From: an uncultured Acidimicrobiaceae bacterium
Lineage (GTDB): Bacteria; Actinomycetota; Acidimicrobiia; Acidimicrobiales; RAAP-2
Reading direction: 5' to 3'
Length of the DNA stretch: 64,000 bases
NCBI GenBank assembly: GCA_963805665.1
Contig: CAWDVF010000011.1
Coordinates: 393,966-457,965, forward strand
The first letter of the stretch is position 1. The number at the start of each line of letters is the position of its first letter. Below are positions 27,272-42,315 of the stretch, in pieces. A program made the translations under genes and the position numbers. The notes under the pieces were generated by a model, which saw only the letters and a list, made by a program, of their open reading frames with translations, was not told where the DNA came from and made no database searches.

Positions 27272-27390
27272 ATCCCGGCGGCGACCTACTCTCCCAGGGG
27301 GCCTCCCCCCAAGTACCATCGGCGCGGGCGGGCTTAACTGCCGTGTTCGGAATGGGAACGGGTGTTTCCCCGCCGCTATGGCCACCGGAA
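27272..27390 (-). rRNA. rrf: 5S ribosomal RNA
   Basis: The reverse complement reads TTCCGGTGGCCATAGCGGCGGGGAAACACCCGTTCCCATTCCGAACACGGCAGTTAAGCCCGCCCGCGCCGATGGTACTTGGGG...GGGAGAGTAGGTCGCCGCCGGGAT, the canonical 5S sequence. Confidence 0.95.
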
Positions 27391-27803
27391 ATCATGCGCT
27401 CGGCGGGCACTACTCCAGTCTTTTGACTGAATAGGCGCCGCCTGGCTACCTATAAGGCAGCCCCTGAGCGTTCCAAAGCGAGCACGAGCGATTATGTCCC
27501 CAAGCCCTCGGCCGATTAGTACCGGTCGGCTGAATGCATTGCTGCACTTACACCTCCGGCCTATCAACGTGGTCGTCTAGCCACGGGCCTTACCAGGTTA
27601 ACCCTGTGGGAGATTTCATCTCGAAACGGGCTTCGCACTTAGATGCTTTCAGCGCTTATCCCACCCGTAGGTCGCAAACCAGCCGTGCCCTTGGCAGGAC
27701 AACTGGCACACGAGAGCTACGTCCGTCCCGGTCCTCTCGTACTAGGGACAGCCTTTCTCAAATCTCCTACGGCTGCATCGGATAGGGACCGAACTGTCTC
27801 ACG

Positions 27804-28544
27804 CATGTTGATCCCGCATTACTGCGGGCACAGACTATACCTTCACCCTCTTTCGAGGGGCTGGCGTGTTATGGCTTCCACAGGGGTCTGCGGACCGAGG
27901 TTTCGGTCTAAAGAAGCCATCTCTTCGCTGTTGCTGGCGAAGAAGTCGTTACAGGGGCACAACACGCCCATGCTACGTAGATGTTGCTCGACATCTACGG
28001 CGGAAATCCGCTTCGTTTTTGAATAGTTTAGGGTTGCAAACGCATCTACTTGGCGTGCCAGTTGCAGGAACACTTCCGGATCTCTCACTCGTCCGAGGAG
28101 AGGGAGGATCGCAAGCGCTTCCCTGACGTGCTCTCGCTTGAAGATCACGTAGGGCTCGACTTCCTGAAGAAGGCAGACGACGAGTTCTCGGCTTGTGATC
28201 ACAAGATCACTCATGCCGGTTCCTCGATCTCGAAGGTAACCACCGCCGCCGATGAGGGACTGGATCTGCTCCAGGCCCGCTCGGGCAGAGGTGGACTGCG
28301 AGAACGAAACGCTGGCCCGGATGTAAAACCCGAACCGGTATTCCTTCTGCCTGACGAGTTGGAAGTGGATACTTCCGTCCCCGTCTAGGAATCCTGCAAC
28401 ATAGGACGCTGTAGATACATTCACTGTGTGTTGGCCTTCCCTCGGTATTGCCCTGAACATGAACGTTCGGTAGTTCGTTCAGGGTTTCACCGATATGAGC
28501 CAGTGAGCACCCAGAAATTACTTTCTGGGGACGCAGTGTTATCT
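27804..28544 (-). mobile_element. Group I intron (741 nt) in 23S rRNA after the U equivalent to E. coli U2593 (the I-CreI site), carrying a LAGLIDADG ORF
   Basis: The exon sequence GGGTTTAGAACGT|...|CGTGAGACAGTTCGG is continuous once 27804-28544 is removed. The 5' exon ends in U and the intron ends in G. GNRA-capped hairpins: CCCAGAAA-GUAA-UUUCUGGG (28510-28529), CCCUC-GAAA-GAGGG, CCCGCA-GUAA-UGCGGG (27813-27828). A J8/7-like AAGGUAUAGUC lies at 27833-27843. Nested long-range pairs: GGCGUGUU/AACACGCC and AUGGCUUC/GAAGCCAU. Confidence 0.85.
27843..28460 (-). CDS. LAGLIDADG homing endonuclease, single-motif I-CreI-like family
   Basis: Intact 205-aa ORF inside the intron: YVAGFLDGDGSIHFQL..., GYLRDRGTGMSDLVITS, LQEVEPYVIFKRE, TLNYSKTKRISAVDVEQHL. 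This parallels I-CreI (YLAGFVDGDGSI, GYVRDRGSVSDYILS, ALNDSKTRKTT) as I recall it. The last ~45 codons overlap the structured ribozyme 3' core and are probably not part of the enzyme fold. Confidence 0.85.
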   Translation of the reverse strand: MFRAIPREGQHTVNVSTASYVAGFLDGDGSIHFQLVRQKEYRFGFYIRASVSFSQSTSARAGLEQIQSLIGGGGYLRDRGTGMSDLVITSRELVVCLLQEVEPYVIFKREHVREALAILPLLGRVRDPEVFLQLARQVDAFATLNYSKTKRISAVDVEQHLRSMGVLCPCNDFFASNSEEMASLDRNLGPQTPVEAITRQPLERG

Positions 28545-28567
28545 ACGTTCTAAACCCAGCTCGCGTA

Positions 28568-28603
<36 letters not shown>

Positions 28604-28604
28604 G

Positions 28605-28650
<46 letters not shown>

Positions 28651-28875
28651 TCCCGTCGATATGGACTCTTGGGGAAGATGAGCCTGTTATCCCCGGGGTA
28701 CCTTTTATCCGTTGAGCAACGGCGCTTCCACAAGCAACCGCTGGATCACTATGCCCTGCTTTCGCACCTGCTCGACTTGTAGGTCTCGCAGTCAAGCTCC
28801 CTTTTGCCATTGCACTCGACAGCTGATTGCCAACCAGCCTGAGGGAACCTTTGGGCGCCTCCGTTACGTTTTAGG

Positions 28876-29796
28876 CAAACTGTTAGCCCGACAACTTGTA
28901 TCTCATGCTCGGCAGCACTTGCTCGTGTGATGAACGCAGTCAGAGTCGTCACGGAGGGCGCCGGAACGTAAATCTGCAAGCCATCACGCTGCTTTCGCAC
29001 TGTGGTCTCTACTCCGACATCGCGTCGCATCACCTCTTGCAGAAGTTAGACCTCTGCCTGGGTGAAGCTCTGCGTGTTGAGGTACAGCCCACGACACTGG
29101 CTCGATTTTCTCGAGCCATCATCCATGAACCACACAGCCATGCTCAAAGGTGTGAGTTCGAGGTCTTCCGGAATCACCTTTCGGCGATCTCGATAGAACA
29201 CCAACCGAAATCCTTCGAGCTCGACATGCGAGAGGGTTGAAAACCCAACGTTTGTCGACGAGGTTCCGAGTCGGTTACGCCGAACTCTGGCCTTTGGTGG
29301 TGTGCGGACCCAATCTCGCCACTCGAGGTATTTCCAGTCGACATATGCCGTCTGGGCAACTGAGTGTTCGATCTTGAGCCTGGCCGTCAATGCGCCTGCC
29401 TGTCGCTCTAGATGCGCATCGCCGAGAAGCATCCCCACAAGGATTTGCTTCTGACGATCCGTTATCGTCAACGACGCCTTCTGCCTGCGCAGTGCCAGCG
29501 TGTTCATGGACGGAGTTGTCGTCTCGAGGTCATTTCTGCCTCGATCTGCATGTCGCCATGCAGTTCAGACCATTCCATCACCCGTCTTGCGACGGGGCTC
29601 TCGTTGTGGTCGTTGAGGTAGGTGGCAGAGCCACCCAACCTGCTGATTGTCCGCACTGGTCAGATTGTCACTGCCCATGTCATGCACCCTAAAGATGCGA
29701 TGTGACATGGATGAGTACTGCCAGATACTCGGGTGTTCCAGCATACGCCGAGAGTTTTATTTCACATGGTTTCCCATGATTCGCCCCATTTTGTTA
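28876..29796 (-). mobile_element. Group I intron (921 nt) in 23S rRNA after the U equivalent to E. coli U2262, carrying a double-motif LAGLIDADG ORF
   Basis: The exon GACTGGGGCGGTCGCCT|...|CCTAAAACGTAACGGAGGCGCC is continuous once 28876-29796 is removed. The 5' exon ends in U and the intron ends in G (..AACAGTTTG). A core block at 29641-29750 is shared with the third intron. Confidence 0.8.
29046..29507 (-). pseudogene. LAGLIDADG homing endonuclease, two-motif type, interrupted by an in-frame TAA (29046-29048)
   Basis: ORF 29046..29507 has motif 1 ILVGMLLGDAHL and motif 2 LSMAVWFMDDGS, ending ...LNTQSFTQAEV-stop. The same frame continues LLQEVMRRDVGVETTVRKQRDGLQIYVPAPSVTTLTAFI (track ORF 28749..29033), which looks like the expected C-terminal part, and then reads through the intron/exon boundary without a stop. 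Confidence 0.65.
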
Positions 29797-30080
29797 AGGC
29801 GACCGCCCCAGTCAAACTACCCACCTGACGCTGTTCCTGATCCGGATTACGGACCGAGGTTAGAGCTCCGGCACTAAAAGGGTGGTATTTCAAGGTTGAC
29901 TCCACACTGGCTAGCGCCAATGCTTCAAAGTCTCCCACCTATCCTACACAAACAGTACCAAAACTCAACATCAAGCTGTAGTAAAGGTCCACGGGGTCTT
30001 TCCGTCCTGATGCAGCTAACGAGCATCTTTACTCGTACTTCAATTTCGCCGGGTCTGTGGTTGAGACAGTAGGAAAGTCG

Positions 30081-30544
<464 letters not shown>

Positions 30545-31386
30545 AGGTTCAGAGCTTCGCCCGAGGACTAACCCTTCCCCGTAACCTTCCGGCACCGGGC
30601 AGGCGTCAGAGCGTATACATCGTCTTACGACTTCGCACGCTCCTGTGTTTTTAGTAAACAGTCGCTTTCCCCAATTCTCTGCGGCCCCTTCGGGCATCCG
30701 GACGCGAAGTCCTTCACCCTATCGAGGCCCTCCTTCTCCCGAAGTTACGGAGGAATTTTGCCGAGTTCCTTAACCACAGTTCTCCCGATCGCCTTGGTAT
30801 TCTCTACCCGCCCACCTGTGTTGGTTTGGGGTACGGGTACCGTGTCAACTCGCTAGAAGCTTTTCTAGGCAGCATAGAATCAGTGACTTCGCCTGAAACG
30901 GCTCGGCATCGCGTCTCAGGATTAATGGGACCCGGATTTACCTAGATCCCTCCCTACACGCTTACCCCAGGACAACCAACGCCTGGGCTCACCTATCTTC
31001 CTGCGTCCCTCCTTTGCTGTCCGCCCCAGGGTTTGTCGGTTCGACCCGAAGGTCATCCCCTTAGTACCCCTGGCTTGGAATGGGCGTGGACACGGTAGTA
31101 CTGGAATATCAACCAGTTGTGCATCGACTACGCCTCTCGGCCTCGCCTTAGCTCCCGACTTACCCTGGGAGGATTAGCCTTCCCCAGGAACCCTTGGGCT
31201 TACGGCGGAGGAGTTTCTCACTCCTCTCTCGCTACTCATACCAGCATTCGCACTCGACCACGCTCCACGACGGTTCACACCGCCGCTTCGCTGCGAGATC
31301 GACGCTCCCCTACCACTCCCGTCTAATGACGGAAATCCGCGGCTTCGGCTCTTGACTTGAGCCCCGTTACATTGTCCGCGCAGGAC

Positions 31387-31417
<31 letters not shown>

Positions 31418-31418
31418 T

Positions 31419-31455
<37 letters not shown>

Positions 31456-31843
31456 TTGCGTTCCCACATCGTTTTCCACTTAGTCAAGAATTTGGGGCCT
31501 TAGCCGGCGGTCTGGGCTGTTTCCCTTTCGACCAACGAAGCTCATCCCTCGTGGTCTCACTGCCGGGTTCTTGAGCATCGGCATTCGGAGTTTAGTTGGG
31601 GTCAGTAAGCTTGTAGGCCCCCTAGCCCATCCAGTGCTCTACCTCCGATGCTGAACACCCGACGCTGCACCTAAATGCATTTCGGGGAGAACCAGCTATC
31701 ACCGAGTTTGATTGGCCTTTCACCCCTTGCCACAGGTCATCCCCCCAGTTTTCAACCTAGGTGGGTTCGGCCCTCCACGAAGTCTTACCTTCGCTTCAGC
31801 CTGCCCATGGCAAGCTCACTCGGCTTCGGGTCTACAGCATGCG

Positions 31844-31880
<37 letters not shown>

Positions 31881-32066
31881 ACCCATCACTGGTTAACCTC
31901 GCCACACACCGTAACTCGCTGGCTCATTCTTCAAAAGGCACGCCATCACGGCTGACACCCATCTGATGCCATCAATCTCACCCGAAGGGATCATGATGAC
32001 GATGGGGCAACGACGCTTTGACTGTTTGTAAGCCAACGGTTTCAGGTACTATTTCACTCCCCTCCC

Positions 32067-32113
<47 letters not shown>

Positions 32114-32947
32114 TCTAAGAGTACTTAGCCTTACGAGATGGTCCTCGCAGATTCACGCCGGCTTTCCCGGATCCGGCGCTACTCGGGAGTTCAAGCGGAG
32201 TTCAATGCTTTTCGTGTACGGGACCATTACCCTCTGCGGTTCAGCTTTCCTGACTGATTCCACTAAACATTGAATTTGTAACTCCGTGACGGGTCTGGTG
32301 CCCCATCTCTCAAATCCCACAACCCCATACCGGCAACGCCACCAGGCTCATACACCGGCACGGTTTAGGCTCTTCCCGTTTCGCTCGCCGCTACTCAGGG
32401 AGTCACTGTTGTTTTCCTTTCCTCGGGTTACTTAGATGTTTCAATTCACCCGGTTCCCTCGCCCCGCCCTATACATTCAGGCGGGTGTAACACCTCATGA
32501 CAGGTGCTGGGTTGCCCCATTCGGACATCCACGGATCGACGCTTGGTAGACAGCTCCCCGTGGCTTTTCGCAGTCGCCCACGTCCTTCTTCGGCCTTAGA
32601 CGCCAAGGCATCCACCGTTGGCTCTTTGTAGCTTGGAGAACAAAGATGCTCGTGCTCGCTTTGGAATTCTCAAGGGGCTGCGCAGCGCAATCCTGGGCCG
32701 GGACTCTCGAGCAGCGCACGCATCGCGCACATACAGGAGAGCAATTAACCCCCGACCGGGGTTTGCACGGGGTGAGCGGTCCTTGCCGGCGGGCTGAGTT
32801 GCAGCTCGATGCCGCAGCTGGCCACGAGGAGCACACAAAAGGGCTCGACTCGCACCGGCCGGCGGCGCCGCGCTGCGGCACACCGAAAGGGACGTCACCA
32901 GGGATTCGACGCGCCCGACCAACAGGCCGGGCGCAAGTCGCTCCCTC

Positions 32948-34895
<1,948 letters not shown>

Positions 34896-35035
34896 CAAGG
34901 AGCGACCGGGCACACACCACTACTGCCGGTGTTGGTGCCGGGTGTTCCGAAGGACTGTTCCGGACGCACTGCAAGTGCCGGAAAGTCTCCTTCAGATGCC
35001 GGAGGGCCTTGGGGGGCCGTTCCGACGGGAGTGTC

Positions 35036-35064
35036 ACCCTACCAGGGTCGTGCGTGACCGTCAA
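35036..35064 (-). promoter_or_regulatory. Candidate rrn promoter TTGACG-N17-TAGGGT
   Basis: The reverse complement of 35030-35070 reads cacgcgTTGACGgtcacgcacgaccctggTAGGGTgacac: -35 at 35059-35064 and -10 at 35036-35041. It lies about 140 nt upstream of the leader arm of the 16S processing stem. No experimental support. Confidence 0.4.
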
Positions 35065-35242
35065 CGCGTGCGCACGAGTCAAAGTCCCCGGCGCTGCCCG
35101 GGACCGACCAGTGGTCTCGATGCTAGCGGCCCCCTCCCGGCCGCCGGCGGATACCCAAACGTTCGCCACCTGGCTCGATCCACCCGACCGCTCCGCGTCC
35201 CGGGCACGCTGACCAGGAAGTTCCGGAGAGGCCACACCGAAC

Positions 35243-35283
35243 GGTGGCATACGAGGGACCACTCCGGCCCCCCGTATGCCACC
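35243..35283 (-). terminator. Stem-loop between mpg and the rrn promoter region (candidate terminator/insulator)
   Basis: Perfect 11-bp inverted repeat, ggtggcatacg (35243-35253) and cgtatgccacc (35273-35283), with a 19-nt loop. It lies downstream of the mpg stop (35502). No clear U tract. Confidence 0.3.
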
Positions 35284-35501
35284 CGGTGCCCGGGGTACAA
35301 CGGGCTTTCCGCTCCCGCCCTGCGCCAATCAGAGCCGCCTTTTGGGAGCGTGCGCCGCCCGTTGATCCACCTCGATCTACCGCATGTCACACACGTGCGT
35401 GCCAGCATCATGCTCGCTCGCTGTTGCACCGCTGTGACAGCCCGATGACACTCCGGTGCCGACGTGCTCAGCACCGGAAGGCCAGGTCAAGACACCCTTC
35501 T

Positions 35502-36095
35502 TCAGGGCCGCGAGATGTTGGGGTCCCCGGGCACCCAGAAGCGCCAGCGGCGCTCGGTGGCCTCCTTGATGCCGATCCGCGTCCCGCGTCCGGGACGTCG
35601 GGGCGGCGGGGTCCCGTCGTCCCGCAGCCGCACACCGCCGCCCCTGGTCGCCAGCAGGTCCGTGCCGTTGGCGCCGCCGGTGATCCCGAGGGCCTCGCAG
35701 AGCTTGGCCGGCCCGTTGCACAGATCCCGGTCGCGACGGGCCTTGGGCCGGGCCGTCCGCATGGCCTCGATCCCGCGCAACGGCGCCAGCGCGCGGATCA
35801 GGACGGCCGCCGCCTCGCCGTCGGGGCCGCAGACCACGTTGGCGCACCAGTGCATGCCGTAGGTGAAGTACACGTAGAGGAAGCCGGGCGGCCCGAACAT
35901 GATCGCGGTGCGCGGCGTGCGTCCGCGGTAGGCGTGGGATGCCGCGTCGTTGGCCCCGTGGTACGCCTCGACCTCGACGATCCGTCCGGAGCGCCCGCCG
36001 ACCGTCAGGACCTTGTTCAGCAGCCAGGGCGCGACGACGACCGGGTTGCGCTCCAGGTCCGCTCGCTGCACCGGGCCACCCTGGCCCAGCGGCAC
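35502..36095 (-). CDS. mpg: DNA-3-methyladenine glycosylase (Mpg/AAG family)
   Basis: Intact 197-aa ORF: VVAPWLLNKVL...GRIVEVEAYHGANDAASHAYRGRTPRTAIMFGPPGFLYVYFTYGMHWCANVV...LCNGPAKLCEALGI. Confidence 0.9.
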   Translation of the reverse strand: MPLGQGGPVQRADLERNPVVVAPWLLNKVLTVGGRSGRIVEVEAYHGANDAASHAYRGRTPRTAIMFGPPGFLYVYFTYGMHWCANVVCGPDGEAAAVLIRALAPLRGIEAMRTARPKARRDRDLCNGPAKLCEALGITGGANGTDLLATRGGGVRLRDDGTPPPRRPGRGTRIGIKEATERRWRFWVPGDPNISRP

Positions 36096-36147
36096 GGTCT
36101 CACGCCACCGGGGATCCGACGGCGCCCGCCGGCGACCGCGGGACGGC

Positions 36148-37686
36148 TCAGCTCGTGGTGCCGCTCCGGTTCCGCGTCGGGTCGATCGGCGCCTCGGTCC
36201 AGCGGGCGGCGGCGACCGCGGGCGGCTTGGCGGGCGACGCCGACGCCGGCCGGTGGTGGCGGGCCGACGCAGCCGTGCTCTGGCGGCGCGTCCGCATCGC
36301 CATCCGGTTCAGCAGCGCCAGCTCGTCGACCATGGCCCCGGCCAGGGAGGGCAGGTCCGGCACCGCGGTGGCGCAGGCGTTGATCCCGACGAAGAGTGAG
36401 TCGCGGTAGCTCTGCACCGTGATGTTCAGCGCGACGCCGTCGACCACGGGCCCGAGCGGGTAGACGTTGCAGAGCTCCATGCCCGCGAAGTACAGCGGGA
36501 ACGAGGGACCCGGGACGTTGGACACCATCAGGTTGCCGGCGCGCAACTTGCGCATGATGCCCGAGCGCACGCCGAGCTGGATAATCGGCCGGGCGATCGC
36601 CGGCGGCATCGCCTCCGAGAGGAGCGTCGCCATCGGGCCGTAGCCGACGTCGCGCTCTTGGCCCTTGCACGACGCGCTCGCCTCGCTCACCGTGCGCAGG
36701 CGCTCGAGCGGCGTCTGGAGATCGTTCGAGAGCGGCACGAACATGGCCGAGAGGTGGTTCCCCTGGGCCTCGTCGCTTTCGTCGCCGCGTACCGACACCG
36801 GCACGATCGCCACCAGCGGGCTCTCGGTCGCCTGGCCGTTGGCGGTGAGGTGGGCGCGCAGGGCGCCCGAGCACACGGCCAGGACCACGTCGTTGATGGT
36901 CGAGCCGTAGCGGTCCCTGAGCGTGCGCACCTGCGCCAGGTCGAGCTCGGCGAAGGTCACGGCCCGCTGCGCGCACACGGGCGACTCGAACGTGTCCGGC
37001 GCCCCGAGCGGGATCGAGATCGGCCCCGAGGCCTCGTCGAGGGCGTGGCGGGCCAGTCGCACCGCCGTCTTGCCGACCTCGCGGGCGGCCCGCAGCATCC
37101 GCAGCGGGCTCCGCACCATGCTCGGCAACGCGTCGGTGACGAGGCGGGTGTGCGACGGCAGCGCCGGCGGCAGCCACGGCGGGCACGTCTCGGTCACCGC
37201 GCGGCCCTCCGGGGAAAGGTCGAGCAGCTGCGCCAGGAGCTGGGCACCGGCCACGCCGTCGATCACGGCGTGGTGGACCTTGGCGATCAGGCCGACCCGC
37301 CCGCCCGAGAGGCCTTCGATCACGTGCATCTCCCAGGGCGGTTGCCCCGGCGTCAGGGGCCGCCCCATGACGGAGGCGACCATCGCGGTGAACTCCTCGT
37401 CCCCGCCGGGCGCGGGCACGGCCACCCGGTACAGGTGGTTGGACAGGTCGAAGTCGGGATCGTCCACCCAGCGCGGGTGGTCGAGACCGAGGGGCACCGC
37501 GACCAGACGACGCCGGAAGGAGGGCAGCGTCGGCACCCGCTCGTCGAGCACCGCCTGCACCCGCTCGAACGAGTAGCCGCCCGGAGTGGACGACGGGTCG
37601 AAGACGCAGGCGTAGGCGATCTCCATCGGCGTCTCCGGGGTGTCGGAGTAAATGAACATCGGGTCGATACCGGTCATTCGCTGCAC
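36148..37686 (-). CDS. Wax ester synthase/diacylglycerol acyltransferase (WS/DGAT family)
   Basis: Intact 512-aa ORF: MTGIDPMFIYSDTPETPMEIAY..., active-site motif KVHHAVIDGVAGAQLL, ...NLMVSNVPGPSFPLYFAGMEL...GVALNITVQSYRDSLFVGINA. Confidence 0.9.
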   Translation of the reverse strand: MQRMTGIDPMFIYSDTPETPMEIAYACVFDPSSTPGGYSFERVQAVLDERVPTLPSFRRRLVAVPLGLDHPRWVDDPDFDLSNHLYRVAVPAPGGDEEFTAMVASVMGRPLTPGQPPWEMHVIEGLSGGRVGLIAKVHHAVIDGVAGAQLLAQLLDLSPEGRAVTETCPPWLPPALPSHTRLVTDALPSMVRSPLRMLRAAREVGKTAVRLARHALDEASGPISIPLGAPDTFESPVCAQRAVTFAELDLAQVRTLRDRYGSTINDVVLAVCSGALRAHLTANGQATESPLVAIVPVSVRGDESDEAQGNHLSAMFVPLSNDLQTPLERLRTVSEASASCKGQERDVGYGPMATLLSEAMPPAIARPIIQLGVRSGIMRKLRAGNLMVSNVPGPSFPLYFAGMELCNVYPLGPVVDGVALNITVQSYRDSLFVGINACATAVPDLPSLAGAMVDELALLNRMAMRTRRQSTAASARHHRPASASPAKPPAVAAARWTEAPIDPTRNRSGTTS

Positions 37687-38014
37687 GGTGCCTGCTCTCT
37701 GTTGTGGCGGTGCCGTTTAGGAATTGATAGGAGCTCGGGTTACACGAACTCTCGTCCCGCCCAAAAACCTCGCACCCGGCAAGGCGGCTTCACTCCACAA
37801 CTACTCCACATGGTCCACTCGTACAACCGCATTTAGTACTTCTTTACGTTGCGTTCACCTGCCCGTTGCCCACGCCAGGGTGCTGCCGCGCGACCGCCAC
37901 ATGGGTGTCGCTACCCGTTTCTCCGGCGCGGGGCACCGCTGGTGCTACCGGGCGTCCGGTCGACCCCGCGAACAGGGCGACCCGAAGAAGGGCCGCCGAT
38001 CGGGTGCGACTTAG

Positions 38015-39065
38015 GTGTTCTGCCCATGGACCTTGTTGACGCGGAGAATCTGCTGATGAGGTGAGCCCTCAAGGCAATGTGGAGCTGTTGACACACCCAC
38101 AAAGCCAGGAGGGCTCGCAATGCACCGTAATGCTCCACTGACCCCAGAAGGCCGGTTTCGGCTCTGCTGTCGGATCGAAGACGGTTGGACGGTGGCCGCA
38201 GCGGCCGAGTCGATGCACATCTCTCGCCAGACCGCGCACAAGTGGTGGCGGCGTTACCAAGAGGCGGGAGTCGACGGTCTGGCCGACCGCTCGAGTCGCC
38301 CGCGGCGGTGTCCAACCAAGACGCCGGCCAGGGTTGAGCGACGAGTGGTTGCGTTGCGCCGTCGCCATCAACTCGGCCCAGCTCGCCTCGCCCCTCGGGC
38401 GGGACTACCGGCGTCGACGCTGCACCGAGTGCTCCAACGCCACGGCGTCAGTCGTCTGAGCGATCTGGACCGCCACAGCGGCCGGGTGATCCGACGCATC
38501 GAGACCACTCGCCCCGGCGAGCTGGTCCATATCGACGTAAAGAAGCAGGCCCGGATACCTAAAGGCGGTGGCTGGCGGATCCACGGCATCGAAAACAAGA
38601 ACACCTCTCGGTCGCGACCTCGTATTGGCTACGCCCACGTCCACTCCGCCATTGACGCCTACAGCCGACTCGCCTATTCGGAAGTGCACAACGACGAGAC
38701 CTCGGTAACCAACATTGGTTTTTGGCGCCGGGCCAAGGCCTTCTTCGAGAGTTACGGGATCACCATCGAACGGGTGCTCACCGACAATGGTTCCTGCTAT
38801 CGCTCAAAAGACTTCGCCGCCGAGCTGCTCAAAGACGCCATCAAGCACACCTTCACCAAGCCCTACAAACCTCAGACCAATGGCAAGGTCGAACGGTTCA
38901 ACCGGACCCTGCTCAACGAATGGGCTTACGCCAGGCCATATCGCTCGGAGGCGGCCCGAACCCGGGCCCTTGACACTTGGCTGCACCTCTACAACCATCA
39001 CCGACACCACACCGCCATCGGCGGGCCGCCAATCAGCCGCGTCAACAACCTGGTGGGGCAGAACA
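38015..39065 (+). mobile_element. IS481-family insertion sequence (1051 bp) with imperfect ~30-bp terminal inverted repeats and 6-bp target-site duplication CTTAGG
   Basis: Left end TGTTCTGCCCATGGACCTTGTTGACGCGG (38015-). The reverse complement of the right end is TGTTCTGCCCCACCAGGTTGTTGACGCGG (-39065). Direct repeats cttagg lie at 38009-38014 and 39066-39071. Confidence 0.9.
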
Positions 39066-39066
39066 C

Positions 39067-39070
<4 letters not shown>
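38120..39070 (+). CDS. IS481-family transposase (DDE/integrase core)
   Basis: Intact 316-aa ORF. N-terminal HTH: ISRQTAHKWWRRYQEAGVDGLADRSSRP. Catalytic core: GELVHIDVKK...GYAHVHSAIDAYSRLAY...VLTDNGSCYRS...KPYKPQTNGKVERFNRTLLNEWAY. The stop codon lies in the right-hand duplicated target. Confidence 0.92.
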
Positions 39071-40471
<1,401 letters not shown>

Positions 40472-40488
40472 CGTCCGCTCCCCTTGCG

Positions 40489-41745
<1,257 letters not shown>

Positions 41746-41747
41746 GT

Positions 41748-42197
41748 TCAGTCCTCGTCCTTCCCATTCAATGTGATCTTGGGCGCGGCGGCAATGCCCG
41801 CCACGTCGCCCAACCGCGCCGCCATCGCCTGCCCCCCGACCTCCTCGTCGACGACGACGAGCACCGTGTCGTCGCCGGCCACGGTGCCGACGACCGCCTC
41901 CAGCCCGCTCCGATCGAGCGCCGAGCCTACGACATGGGCCGACCCGGGCGGCGTGCGCAGCACCACCAGGTTGCCCGAGTGCGCCACCTCGACCACCCAC
42001 TCGCCCAGCACGCGGCGCAGATGGTCCTCGGGCGCGATCTGGTGCACCGGCAGCTCGGGCAGCGCGTACGCCGTCTCGCCGCCGGGCAGGCGCACCTTGA
42101 CCGCGCCGAGGTCCTCGAGGTCGCGCGACACCGTGGTCTGCGTCGCCTCGACCCCCTGCTCGGCCAGCAGCGCGACCAGCTGCGCCTGGCTGGTCAC
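41748..42197 (-). CDS. argR: Arginine repressor ArgR (true start probably upstream, near 42250-42320)
   Basis: ORF 41748..42197: SQAQLVALLAEQGVEATQTTVSRDLEDLGAVKV...NLVVLRTPPGSAHVVGSALD...VGTVAGDDTVLVV. In the same frame upstream, LTKNQRQHRITKLLEAQP precedes the listed GTG with no in-frame ATG/GTG/TTG. The N-terminus is therefore unresolved (indel or unusual start). Confidence 0.85.
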   Translation of the reverse strand: MTSQAQLVALLAEQGVEATQTTVSRDLEDLGAVKVRLPGGETAYALPELPVHQIAPEDHLRRVLGEWVVEVAHSGNLVVLRTPPGSAHVVGSALDRSGLEAVVGTVAGDDTVLVVVDEEVGGQAMAARLGDVAGIAAAPKITLNGKDED

Positions 42198-42315
42198 CGG
42201 CTGCGCCTCGAGGAGCTTGGTGATGCGGTGCTGGCGCTGGTTCTTGGTCAGCCGCGCCGGTGCCGCCGGGCCGCTCGGCGGTTGCGTCTCGGCGCCGGGC
42301 CCGGCCGCCGCCCGC

